Of a DNA stretch of 64,000 nt, positions 1 to 16,290 are shown piece after piece. Source of the DNA: the human T2T-CHM13v2.0 reference genome, Homo sapiens. The notes beneath the pieces are model-generated. The model did not search any database. It was not told the DNA's origin and saw only the letters and a program-made list of their open reading frames with translations. The translations under genes were made by a program, and so were the position numbers. The stretch lies in the NCBI RefSeq assembly GCF_009914755.1, contig NC_060943.1; one strand, written 5' to 3'. Numbering within the stretch: the stretch's first letter is position 1; each line of letters starts with the position of its first letter.

Positions 1-29
1 GCCTCATTATACATCTTTACCTTTTACAG

Positions 30-1593
<1,564 letters not shown>

Positions 1594-3526
1594 CTATTCA
1601 TCAATCTCTGGCCCATCTTGCTGCAATGGTCAGCTCCATGGAGCCAGGCCTTGTCTACCGCTGAATCCCCAGCACCGGCGAGTGCTGTGATGGGGGCTAC
1701 TCAGGAAGTCCTCGCTGAATGGGTGTGGAGACGCATGGCCATCCTCATGCCTTGCTTTTTTCCGCTGAACAGTACATGTCAGGGCCTGATCTACATTGGC
1801 ATACGTGGACCTGCCTCGTTCTTTGTAACAGGTGTGTGGGATTCCTACCATGTGGATGCTCCATGATCTTTATTTAACCAGAGCCTTTACTGATAGACAG
1901 GTTGCTCCCAATTTTTTATTATCACAAAACAAACAACAAACAAAAAAAAACCAGAAAAGTATATCCATACAGTAAATCTGTAGATATCAGCTTCTTGGAT
2001 CAAATAATATGGAATGTTTCATTTTGGTTTTTTTGTTTTCTTTTCTTTTGTTTTGTTTCCTTTTTTTTCTCTATTTTTTTGACACGGAGTCTCTCTCTGT
2101 CACTCAGGCTGGAATGCAGTGGTGGAATCTCAGCTCACTTCAACTTCCTCCTCCCAGGTTCCAGCGATTCTCCTGCCTCAGCCTCCTGAGTAGCTGGGAT
2201 TTCAGGTTTGCCCCACCACGTCTGGCTAATTTTTGTATTTTTAGTAGAGATGAGGTTTTGCCATGTTGGCCAGACTGGTCTTGAACTCCTGACCTCGAGT
2301 GATCTGCCCACCTCAGCCTCCCTAAGTTCTGGAATTACAGGCGTGAGCCACCATCCCCGGCCGGGGTGTTTCATTTTGAAAGATGTCATCAAATCGCAGT
2401 CCCCAGAGAAATCCCCAGAGAATCGCAGTCCCCAGAGTCACAGGGAGATGGGAGAAAAGAGAAGCAGATGAGGCCAGAGAGTGCTGCAGACAGAAGGCCC
2501 GTGGAGCAGAACTTGCAAGTTCTGGGAGGACTCTAGCTTTGATCAGAGAGGTGGGGAGCCTCTGTGGGGTTCTGAGTAGGGAAGAGACGTAGCCTACTTA
2601 TGTTTTTATTTATTTATCTATTTTGAGACAGGGTCTCACTCTGTCACCCAGGCAGGAGTACGGTGGTGTAATCACGACTCACTGCAGCCTCAATCTCCTG
2701 GGCTCAAGTGATCCTCCCACCTTAGCCTCTTCAGTAGCTGGGACTACAGGCATGTGCCACCACACCTGGTTAATTTTTTTATTTTTTGTTGAGACAGGGT
2801 TTCACTATGTTGCCCAGGCTGGTCTTGAACTCCTGGGCTCAAGTGATCCTCCCGCCTTGGCCTCCCAAAGTTTTGGGATTACAGGTGTGAGCCACTGCAC
2901 CCAGCCCTGCTTATGTTTTTATAAGACCATTCTGGCTGCTGCGTGGTGTGAAGTAGGGAACCAGAGAGCAGATGCTGCAGAGACACAGCTGAGAAAGTGC
3001 TGAGAGCCTGGACCAGGGCTGTGCTAAAAAGTGGCTGGATTGGGGAGCTATTCTGAAGACAGGGTGGAAAGGATTTGCTGATGGGGTAAAGAGAAGAATC
3101 AGAGATTTCTCAGGGCCTGAGCAACTGGAAGGATGGGGTGGCAGAGTCTGTGTAATTGGGGCCCTATTCCCAAGATGTTGGCACCATGGGCCTGTAGGGG
3201 CAGCAGCTGGTGGAGGGGAGGCATCTGGGAAACTTCCCTTTCCCACCAGATAGGGTTTCCTGATGTTAGCCTGTCAGGGTGGTTTCAAAACAGGTACAGC
3301 TGGGCTGCAGCAGGTTGAACTGTAAGGAAGGGCCAGCCTACAGGCAAATGAGGGCAGTGGCTAACTCAAATCCTGTCCCCCGGCTAGGCCCACACTCTTC
3401 CTTTCCCTCCATTTCCCCTGTTGGTGCATGCTGGTGACCAGGTGCCCAGGTGCCCATACAGCTGGAGACATCTGCATTCCCTTGCTTTTTTTTTTTTTCC
3501 TTTTTCTTTTTTCTTTTTGAGACTGA

Positions 3527-3739
<213 letters not shown>

Positions 3740-4508
3740 TGACCTGCCGCCTCAGCCTCCCAAAGTGCTGGGATTACAGCACTTTGGCATGAGCCACTGG
3801 GCCCAGCTTTTTTTTTTTTTTTTTAAAGAAATGGAGTCTGGCTCTGTCGCCCAGGCTGGAGTGCAATGGCGTGATTGCAGCTCACTACAGCCTGGAACTC
3901 CTGGGCTTAAGCAGTCCTCCCACTTCAGCTTCCTGAGTAGTTGCAAATACAAGCATGCACCAGCACACTCAGCTAATTTTTTAATTTTTTTAGCGATGGG
4001 CTACCGCTATGTTGCCCAGGCTGGTCTCAAACAACTGAATTCAAGCAATCCTTCTGCTTTAGCCTCCCAAAGTGCTGGGATTTCCAGCATGAGCCACCAC
4101 ATCTGGCCCCCTTTCATCTTAAAATGCTTCCCATTCTGTTTTGGGTGCCCCATATCTGACCTTTACCCTATCTGTCATTGCGGGATGCTGACAAGGACAG
4201 TGTGGCTCAATGTGGGTTTCTGTTGTCAAGATACCACAAGGGCATGGAACCAGAAGGGGGCTGTCAGTTTCTGACTGGCTGCAGCAGCTTATCAGAACGT
4301 ATCACAGATCAGGAGAGGACGATATGATCAACGGATGAGGTAACCATCAGCTGAGGGCAAACAGCTCCTAACTAAAGTCAGCACTTTACAGCTGGCTCCA
4401 GTGCACTCTCCCTGTGGCTGCAGGCAGAGCAGCCAGGGCCCCTCCTCCAGCCTCCTTTCCGTCCTTCCAACACAGCAGTTTCTCCCACCTCAGAGCTTCA
4501 GAGCTTCA

Positions 4509-4983
4509 GACATCCTTGGTGCTGAGGCCTAGGTTCCATGAGGTCAAAGGGAGAATTCAGGCCGGGCACAGTGGCTCACGCCTGTAATTCCAACACTTTG
4601 GGAGGCCAAGGTGGGTTGATCACCTGAGCTCAGGAGTTCGAGACCAGCCTGACCAATATGGTGAAACCTCATCTCTACTAAAAATACAAAAATTAGCCAG
4701 GTGTGGTGGTGAGTGCCTGTAATCCCAGCTACTCAGGAGGCTGAGTCAGGAGAATGGCGTGAACCCAGGAGAATGGAGGTTGCAGTGAGCCGAGATCGCC
4801 TCTGCACTCCAGCCTGGGCAACAGAGTGAGACTCTGTCTCAAAAAAAAAAAAAAAAGGAGAATTCAGACTAAGCTGTTTTGCAGCATCCCAAGGCTGTGT
4901 TGACCTCACGTACAGCTGCATCATGGGAGTGGGCGGTGCGACATCTCAAGTCCAACTCAACCGAGCCATGGTTCAGGCTAAGT
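4509..4983 (+). repeat. Left arm of a ~170-bp inverted repeat, split by an Alu (4560-4856)
   Basis: About 85% identical to the reverse complement of 6092-6259; Alu TSD AAAG(G)GAGAATTCA. Confidence 0.92.
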
Positions 4984-6091
4984 TCCCGCTGGTGCCCCTA
5001 CCTGGAACGCTCTTCAGATAGTGGCTCCTTCTCACCCATTCAAATGTCCCAGGCCTTTCCTGACAGGCCCTGCCCATCTCTCTCTCTCTCTCTCTCAATT
5101 TCCCTGCTTGCTTTTTGTTGTTGTTGTTGTTGTTTGATTTTTGGTCCTTTTTTTTTTTTTTTTTTGAGGCAGAGTCTTCCTCTGTCGCCCAGGCTGGAGT
5201 GCAGTGGCATGATCTCGGCTGACTGCAATCTCTGCCTCCCAGGTTAAGGTGATTCTCCTGCCCCAGTCTCCTGAGTAGCTGGGATTACCAGTGCCCGCCA
5301 CCATACCTGGCTAATTTTTGTATTTTTAGTAGAGACAGAGTTTCACCATGTTGGCCAGGCTGGTCTCAAACTCCTGACCTCAAGTGATGTGCCCGCCTCA
5401 GCTTCCCAAAGTGCTGGGGTTACAGGCATGAACCCCACCACGCCTAGCCGATTTATTTTCTTTCCCTTTTTTTTCCCCCAGACAGGACCACTGGATTGGA
5501 GTGGTGCCATCATAGTTCATTTTAATTTCCAACTCCTAGGCTCAAGTGATCCTCCCGCCTCAGCCTCCTGAGTATCTAGGACTACAGGTGTGCACCACCA
5601 TGCCTGGCTAATTTTTTATTTTTATCCTTTTTTGTAGAGACAGGGGATCTCACTATGTTGCCCAGGCTGGTCTCAAACACCCAGCCTTAAGCAATCCTCC
5701 TCCTGCCTCAGCCTCCTAAGTAGCTGGGATTATAGGTGTGAGCCACCATGCCTGACTTTTTATCTCACTTTTTGTAGAGACGGGGTATCGCTATGTTGAC
5801 CAGGCTGGTTTTGAACTCCTGGCCTCAAGCAGTCCTCCTGCCTGGGCCTCCCAAAGCGTTGAGATCACAGACGTGAGCCACCTTGCCTGGCCTACTTCCT
5901 TTCTTCCTGTAAAATTGCCTTGTTGGTTTGTCTACTTGTTTTCTGTTCATCCTGTTCACTCTTGTCTCCAGCTCCTAGAACAGTACCTCACACAGAGTAA
6001 CGGCTCCATGTGTTTTGTGACAGGGAAGCAGACAGTGTGGCTTGTTGGAGAGGAGCCACATACCCCCGCCCCCCGATTCATACATGGTGTG

Positions 6092-6259
6092 ACTCAGCCC
6101 GAACCATTGCTCAGTTGAGTTGGATTTGAGATGTTGCACTGCCCACTCCCGTGATACAGCTGTGTGTGAGGTCAGCACAGTCTTGGGGTGCTGCCAGACA
6201 ACTTAGTTTGAATTCTCCCTTTGACTCATTGGAACCTAGACCTCAGCACCAAAGATGTC
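6092..6259 (-). repeat. Right arm of the ~170-bp inverted repeat
   Basis: Reverse complement matches 4509-4560 plus 4867-4983. Confidence 0.92.
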
Positions 6260-7042
6260 CCCATACCAGTAACCCGGGCAACAGAATGCAGATAAAGGAC
6301 AGAAGACAAAAGGCGCAGGTTCTGACACATTCTTTGCTTGTGTCATCAGCTAGCAAGTATTCACAGGCACATCCAACCTCCATCCTTACATTCCACAAGG
6401 ATTTGAGTGTCTGTTATAGGCAAGGGACAGTGCTAGGTTTTTTTTTCTAAAAACAAACTTGGGGCTGGGCATGGTGGCTCACACTTGTAATCCTAGCACT
6501 TTGGGAGGCCAAAGCGGGTGGACTGCCTGAGCTCAAGAGTTCGACAACTCTTGGTAACGTGGTGAAACCCCGTCTCTGCCAAAAATACAAAAAATTAGCC
6601 AGATGCAGTGGCGTGCACCTGTGGCCCAGCTTCTCGGGAGGCTGAGGTGTGAGGATCACTTGAGCCCGAAAGGTGAAGGCTGCAGTGGGCCGCGATTGCA
6701 CCACTGAACTCTAGCCTGGGCAACAGAGTGGGACCCTGTCTCAAAACAACAACAACAAAATAAGAAAGAAAGAAAGAAAAAGCGGAAGTGAGAGATGGAT
6801 GTGTGTGTAGTCGTGTGGGATAATTGCCCATGGGAAGGAAACAGAATTCAACCTCTTGGAATGTAGGGGGAGGAGGAAGCCTGAAAAAACTGTTCAAATT
6901 TGGATTCTGGGCTGAGCACAGTGGCTCACGCCTGTAATCCCAGCACTTTGGGAGGCAAGGCAGGCGGATCTCTTGAGGTTCGGAGTTCGAGACTAGCCTG
7001 GCCAACATGGTGAAACCCTGTCTACAAAAAATACAAAAATTA

Positions 7043-7258
<216 letters not shown>

Positions 7259-7269
7259 TCAAGCTGCTT

Positions 7270-7440
7270 TAGAAAGAGCTCAACCACTGACTTTCCTCTT
7301 TTTGACCACATGACTCTTCCAGGTATAAAAGCCTGCCGTTGGTGGAAAAGGAAAAGGTGGTCCAGTTAGACAAGATGCCACCGGCTTCTGAAACCAGACA
7401 TCTTTGAAAACCCACCCATCTACCTGCAGGAAAAGGCAAG
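7270..7440 (+). promoter_or_regulatory. FFAR2-paralogous promoter and exon-1 module of unit 1 (E-box CACATG 7307, TATAAAA 7324, GC donor 7436)
   Basis: 7286-7334 aligns ungapped to 48925-48973 at 34/49. E-box-to-TATA offset is 17 nt in both. Donor is AAAG|GCAAGG. Confidence 0.8.
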
Positions 7441-7969
7441 GGACCTGACCTCGCCTGGGCTCAGGGAAGAGGTTGCTGGGATCATAACCCCAGGAAGAGA
7501 CGGGATGGAAGGAGAGCATGCAGGGAGCAGAGGACAGGCTACTCTCCAAGGAGGAGAGGGAAGAGGCCACAGAAATGGAAAAGGGGCCAGGACAAGTCAG
7601 TGGAGAGATGGTCAGGGCCTGGCGAGGAGGAGCAGGACAAAAGCGGTGGAGCTCAGCCCCGTGGCGGCAGGGCCACTCCCATTCATCTGGTCCTCTACTT
7701 CTGAAGTTCTCGAATGCAGAATGAGATGTACAGATGGGCCAGCAGGTGATATGCTATCTGTCATAGGTTAAGGCCTCATTATTTTATTCATTTTTAAACT
7801 TTTTTTTTTTTGAGACCGGGTCTTGTTCTGTCGCCCAGGCTGGTTTGCAGTGGTGCCACCATGGTTCACTGTAACCTTGAAGCCCCTGGGCTCAAGTGAT
7901 CCTCCTGCCTCAGCCTCCAGAGTAACGAGGACTACAGGTGCACACCGCCATGCCCAGCTAATTTCTTAA

Positions 7970-8107
<138 letters not shown>

Positions 8108-8147
8108 TAAATGTTTACCTTTCAATGATCACTTCGAGGAGATTTAA

Positions 8148-8390
<243 letters not shown>

Positions 8391-8451
8391 TAAAGTGATC
8401 TGCCTGCCTCAGCCTCCCAAAGTGCTGGGAGGCATGAGCCACCATGCCTGG

Positions 8452-9317
8452 CTCATTGTCTAGTTTTTACCAAGAAGACGATGAGATATGCCAGAGGGCT
8501 CCGTATCTGCTATGAGAACGTCCCCCAAGAGCAGCTGGCCGTGGTGCTGCAGCTGGAGCTGTGCTTGGAGCTCTTCTTCACCCCCATGGCGGTCACCACC
8601 TTCTGCCACTGGCACTTTGTGCAGATCATGCTCTCCTGGCCCCAAGTGGGGACCTGGAGGTGCTGAAGAGCCAAGAGACTGGCTGCCGTGACCCTCTTCA
8701 ACTTCCTGGTCTGCTTGGACCCTGTGCTTTGTCTCCCGTGGTGGGTTCCCCCAGTGGAAGAGTCAAATTGGTGGGCAGGCGCAGTGTTGTTCAGTGCTCT
8801 CGATGCTGCATTGACCCCTTGATTTTCTTTGTTTTTGTTTTTATTTTGTTTTGTTTTGTTTTTGAGATGGAGTCTCGCTCTGTCACCCAGGCTGGAGTGC
8901 AGTGGTGTGATCTTGGCTCACTGCAACCTCCGCCTCCTGGGTTCTCCTGCCTCAGCCTCCCGGGTAGCTGGGATTACAGGCACCCACCACCACACCCGGC
9001 TAATTTTTGTATTTTTAGTAGAGACGAGGTTTCAACCCCTACTCAGGCTGGTGTCAAACTCCTGACCGCAAGTGATCTGCCCACCTTGGCCTCCCAAAGT
9101 GTTGCAATTACAGGCGTGAGCCACCATGCCCAGCCTAACCCCTTGATTTTCTGTTTCTCTTCCTCCACCGTGCGCAAAGCCTTTGACAGAGGGCCACGGA
9201 GGTGGCAGCACGGCGGGGGTCTCACTGTCTGGGTGGTGGTGAAAGCTCTGGAGAGCCAGCTGCAGAGAGAAGATGTGGATCTTAGGGACGGCCAATGTCA
9301 CCTTCACAGGAGATTAG
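8452..9317 (+). pseudogene. FFAR2-like pseudogene, unit 1 (end of TM4 to C-terminus), Alu-interrupted
   Basis: Translates as [69 protein letters not shown] / [10 protein letters not shown] / [19 protein letters not shown] ... NVTFTGD*. FFAR2 has TCYENFTDNQLDVVLPVRLELCLVLFFIPMAVTIFCYWRFVWIMLSQPLVG...DPLLFYFSSSVVRRAFGRG...SDFTTE*. Stops at 8461 and 8664, frameshifts near 8716 and 8812, Alu at 8829-9135. Confidence 0.95.
8829..9135 (-). mobile_element. AluS-type element inserted into the TM7 DPxxF codons of pseudogene unit 1
   Basis: Full Alu with 17-bp TSD T(G/A)ACCCCTTGATTTTCT at 8812-8828 and 9136-9152. Confidence 0.95.
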
Positions 9318-10229
9318 AGGCGCCAGCTTGGGGTAACCTTTTGGGGAAGGAGGGCTCAAAAAGAGGAACAATGAAACAGAACTAAGGTGAGTTCTCCTGT
9401 GCCCAGTTTCAGAGGTCAAGGAGAGTAGTAGATAGCTCAAACCCAACTCAGCCATTGAGTGAGTGTTTTCATTTTGTTCCTTGGGGTCTATGATATTTTC
9501 TATTTTCTTTTCTTTCCTTTTGTTTTGGTTTGTTTGTTTGGTTGGTTGGTTGGTTGGTTTGTTTTAGAGACAGGGTTTCCCTCTGTCACCCAGGCTGGAA
9601 TGCAGTAGTGTGATCACATCACACTGCAGCTTCTAACTCATGGGTTCAAGCCATCCTCCTGCCTCAGCCTCCTGAGTAGCTGGGACTCCAGGTGCACGCC
9701 ACCATGGCCGGCTAATTGTTTATTTTTTATAGAGACAGGGTTTCACTATGTTGGCCAGGATGTTCAACAACTTCTGCCTTCAAGCGATCTTCCCTCCTGG
9801 GCTCCCCAAGTGCTGAGTTTACAAGCATCAGCCACCACACCCAGCCTATGACATTTTCTTCATTATGGCTGGTACTGCCTCATGGTAAGCCACAAGCCTT
9901 TTTATCTTGTAATATCAGAGTCTTGGAATTCTTTATCTTCCCTACTCTATATCTAGAAGACAGTAGCACTGACTTATCTGCTGCAGAGCTCTTAATTCTA
10001 TCCTTGGCCCCGATTCAGAAAAGGGGGTTCCTCATGCTGGATCTGAACAACCCAGCACAGGCAAGTCTGGGGAGCAAGGCAGGAGCCTGCATGTGGACTC
10101 AAAGGACCGGCACCCGAAACAAAGCAGTGGCTGGCACAGGTGGACAAACCAGGCAAGAAAAGCAACTGTCCTTCGGAGCAGAGTCCACGTGATGGGAAGA
10201 AACAGGTCATGATACTTTTGAGTGGTTAC

Positions 10230-12330
10230 ATCCTACTGTGTTTGTGCCTTCTTTTTTCCTTTCTCAGTCTTGCCAAGAGACCCATTAATTTGTCTTTTCA
10301 GAAAACCAAGATCCTCTCCAGCATTTATCTTTGTTTTCTTGTTGCATTGATTTCTAATCTTATCTTTATTGTTTCCTTCCTTTTACTTTATTGAGTCTTC
10401 TCTGTTGCTCCTTTTCTAACATGTTAACTTGGATGCTCGTTCATTTTAGCCTTTCTTCTTTGCTAATGTAAGCATTTAGTGTGTTGGATAGATTTCCCTC
10501 TAAGAACAGCTTTAGTGGGATGTCACAAGTTTTGATTTGCAGCATTCTCATTATTTTGAGTTCTAAATAGGCTCCAAATTCCATGGGATTTTTTTATTTG
10601 ACTCTTGACTTTGGAAATGTACCTTAATTTTCAAACACAGATGTTTCCCCCCTTTATCCTTTTGTTATTCATTTCTAACTACAGAGTATTGTTTCAATGG
10701 TATCAGTTCTTTGAAATTTGCTGAGAATTGTTTTTTGGCTTAGAATATAAACAGTATTCTAGTATTCCAGTAATGAAAAGAAGATAGATTCTGTAATTGT
10801 TGGGTGCTATGTTCTCTGTATATACCTTAGATCAAACTTGTTAATTTATGATGTTCAAATCTTCATAACCTTTATATACATTTTCATCTATTTAATCTAT
10901 CAGTTATATGAAGAGGTGTGTTACATGCTCCTTCTATCATGGTAAATTTGCCTATTTCTCCTTGTAGTTCTGTCTCCCTGGTGAATTGAAACTTTCAAAA
11001 TTCTTTCTGCCTTAACATTGATTTTGTCTGATATTAACAGAGCCACATCAACTTGGTTTTTGCTTATTATTTGCCAGTCCATCTCTGTCCATCCTTCTAC
11101 ATTCAACCTTGCTATATCTTTATGTTTTAAATGTGCTTTTCCTAAGCAGTGTATAGAGTGGTTGGATTTTTTTGTAATCTGGTCTGACAACTGGACAATA
11201 TTTGTCTTTTAACTGTACCATTTTGTCCATTTATAGTTATAAAATAATAATTTCCAATATATTTGAATTTATCTCTGTCATCTTATTTTAAATACTTTTA
11301 GTGAAGTATGTGCACATATATTGAAATATACATGCATACCGTGTGTATTAGTCCATTCTCACGCTGCTAGTAAAGACATACCCGAGACTGGGTAATTTAC
11401 AAAGAAGAGAGGTTTAATTGACTCACAGTTCCACGGGGCTGGGCAAGCCTCAGAAAACATAGAATCATGGTGGAAGGGAAAGCAAACAGGTCCTTCTTCA
11501 CATGGCAGCAGCAAGAAGTGCAGAGCAAAATGGGAGAAGCCATCTGATAAAACCATTAGATCTCGTGAGAACTCACTCACTATCAGGAGAACAGCATGAG
11601 GGTAACCCACCCCATGATTCAATTACCTCCCACCTGGTTCCTCCCATGACACTTGGGATTATGGGAACTGCAATTCAAGATGAGATTTAGGTGGGGACAC
11701 AGCCAAACCATATCACCATGCATGGCCAAATAATAAGTGTACAGGCCAAATAAACTATCACAAATATCACAGAGTGAACACACCTATTTAAGAAAAAGCA
11801 AAAAGTCTACCATATTATTTTGTGCTTTTTATTTCCCTCATCTTTTATTTTATTTTATTTTATTTTATTTTATTCTATTTTATTTTATTTTCAGACACAG
11901 TCTCACTCTGTTGCCCAGGCTGAAGTCAACGGCATGATCTCAGCTCACTGCAACCTCCACCTCCTGGGTTCAAGCAATTCTCGTGCCTCAGCCTCCCAAG
12001 TAGCTTGGATTACAGGTGTGTGCCACTATGCCTGGCTAATTTTGGCATTTTTATTAAAGACGGGGTTTCACCATGTTGACCAAGCTGGTCTTGAACTGCT
12101 GACCTTAGGTGATCCAACCACCTCGGCCTCCCAAAGTGCTGGTATTACAGGTGTGAGCCACCTTGCCAAGCCATCCCTCACCTTTTAATATTTCTTTTTT
12201 TCTTCTCTCTAGCCTTCTTTTGAGATTCAGTTCGTTTATTTCTTTTCTTTCTCATTTCATTTATTCCTCCACTGACTTGGAAACTGTATGTTCTGTTTCC
12301 ATTATTTAGTGGTTATTTTAAACACTGTAA
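10230..12330 (-). mobile_element. Old LINE-1 (L1M) fragment with an ORF2 endonuclease remnant, interrupted by THE1 and Alu
   Basis: The minus-strand ORF 10921-11190 IHCLGKAHLKHKDIARLNVEGW...VDVALLISDKINVK resembles the L1 EN domain; T-rich strand. Confidence 0.85.
11344..11715 (-). mobile_element. THE1 (MaLR) solo LTR
   Basis: TGTATTAGTCC...GGGGACACAGCCAAACCATATCA; 5-bp TSD CCGTG/CCATG. Confidence 0.93.
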
Positions 12331-12442
12331 GATGGTAGGAGTTCCTCAATGAGTTACTCCCTCCCTCCCTTCCTTCTTCCCTTTAATACCACACATCAAG
12401 GAAAACCCAACCCAAGTAGCTTCGAACTATGTGAATCTAGGG

Positions 12443-13515
<1,073 letters not shown>

Positions 13516-13818
13516 CCTGGTGAGATGACAGACAGGATTACTCTGCTAAGTGCAATTGTGCACATATAAAACCTTCTGCTACCTGATGTGTCTTTAATGA
13601 TTCGAAATTTCATAAAGTCTAATGCCACTTAACCTCTCAAAGTGAGTTTAAAGTTTGCCTGATAAAATGCAAAGCTTGTTGAGATATTAAATATGATACT
13701 TAACAATCAGAACTATTCCATGAGGAGATAAAGAAGTAACAAAGCCGGCTCAGATGGATGGGATGTAATTGCGCCGCACAGACCTGTATTCACCATGTTA
13801 TGTTAGTTCCTGTTCTAA

Positions 13819-14055
<237 letters not shown>

Positions 14056-14742
14056 TGAACTCCTGGCCTCAAGTGATTCATCAACCTCAGCCTCTCAAAG
14101 TGCTAGAATTACAGGTTTGAGCCACCGCGCCTGGCCTAAGGATTGTTTAAATTGGAGTTTTTCTTCTTGTTTTATGGGGAAGGATTACTTCATCTACAAT
14201 TAGGTGGAATATTAACCCAAACTATATGTAGGATTTCCAATCTTAGAGGCTATAGGAACTGGGGGAGAAGGAAAGCATAATACTAATTATATTTGTCCTA
14301 TGTCATCCTAGGGAAAGTGCATATTTAATTCCTGTCAGCAAAGATTAAAGAAAGATTTTCAGGGCAAAAGTTATAAACAGGCTTAGTGTGTTTTATTTTG
14401 AACGGGGGAATTCACAAAGCCTTTGTGAAAGCCTCAATTTTACTGTTAGACTACTTGATAGCACCTAGTTAATATAAGCTAGGGCGATTCAACTAGTTCC
14501 ATTGCACCTCCCGGTAAATAAATGGTTCCTGAGGCATTGTGTTAAGCGAGGAATGGAAGTTTGAAGGTTACCGGCAAGGCTCCTTCAGCCCTCTCCGGTT
14601 TTCAGGTTAATGGTGGGGAGAGTGAGTGTCCACCAGAAAGGGACTGTGATGTGACGTTAGGTCACTTGATTTCTGTAAACTTATGGGAGACCTTTCTCCT
14701 AAAGATGGGCTCAAGATGCCACCATTTACAATGTTACTCTCA

Positions 14743-15081
<339 letters not shown>

Positions 15082-15214
15082 CTAAAGCAAACAACAACCA
15101 AAAAAAAAAAAAAAAAACACAAGAGGAAGGGGTGGAAGAGTGTACTGATTGTTGGACCCTGAGGATTGCAATTTTATCATAACATTCTCTACAGTCTCTT
15201 TTCAAAAATGAACC

Positions 15215-16290
15215 AGCAATCAGAGATGGCACCGATTGGTTTGGCCTTCTTAGCAACATCTCTCCCTTGTCCTCTGCCATGTGGTTTGGTGGAGCTGACT
15301 TTACCCCCAGCTCCTGCTCCAGGGGCAGGTGTGAAACCAGGACCCTGCTCATCTACAGTTCATCCTCTGACCACAGTGATGGTTCACACTTGGGTGCATG
15401 ACTCAATCCAGACCAATGAAAGATGAACCCAGGCTGGGCATGGTGGCTCACATCTGTAATCCCAGCACATGGGAAGGCTGAGGCAGGCGAATCAGTTGAG
15501 GTCAGGAGTTTGAGACCAGCCAGGCTAACTTGGCGAAACCCTGTCTCTACTAAAAATACAAAAATGAGCTGGGCGTGGTGGTGCACACCTGTAATCCCAG
15601 CTACTTGGGAGGCTGAGGCGGAAGAATCACTTGAACACGGGATGTGGAGGTTGCAGTGAGCCAAGACCATGCCACTGCACACTCCAGCCTGGGTGACAGA
15701 GTGCACCCACTGTGGATCCAGCCTTTTTTTTTTTTTTTTTTTTTGAGACAGAGTCTCACCAGGCTTGAGTGCAGTGGCGTTAATCTTGGCTCACTGCAAC
15801 CTCTGCCTCCCAGGTTCAAGCAATTCTCCTGCCTCAGCCTCCTGAGTAGCTAGGACTAGAGGCGCGCACCACCCCGCCCAGCTAATTTTTGTATTTTTAG
15901 TAGAGACGGGGATTCACCATGTTGGCCAGGATGGTCTCGATCTCTTGACCTCATGATCCACCCACCTTGGCCTCCCAAAGTGCTGGGATTATAGGCATGA
16001 ACCACCGCACCTGGCCAGCCCTTCTCTTTTAACCACCAGGAGAAAGAACCTCTCTTCTACTGATCTTGAACTTGAAGGCTGGTCCCTCTCTTCTGGGGGC
16101 CATTGTGAAGAGAGGCTGCCTAAGCCTGAAGTCAACTTAAAGGAAGGTGAAACAGAGAAAAACCACACATTCAGGCATTTGATGTCCTAAAGCAGATCTA
16201 CTCTGGGGATTTTTAGATTTGAAAACCAAATATTCTCCTTCCTTAGCTTAAAGCAAGTTTGAAGCTGAGATGGACATAATGTAATTGCTC
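15215..16290. mobile_element. Old MaLR/ERVL LTR (MLT1-like) with nested Alus
   Basis: CCACAGTGATGGTTCA...CATGACTCAATCCAGACCAATGA and a 3' GCTTAAAGCAAGTTTGAAG signature. Confidence 0.55.

Noticed and set aside
8561-9385. 274-aa ORF through pseudogene unit 1
   Set aside because: Chimera of off-frame pseudogene, an antisense Alu (324-nt insertion, in frame by chance) and the TM7/H8 remnant; non-ATG start; not a plausible receptor.
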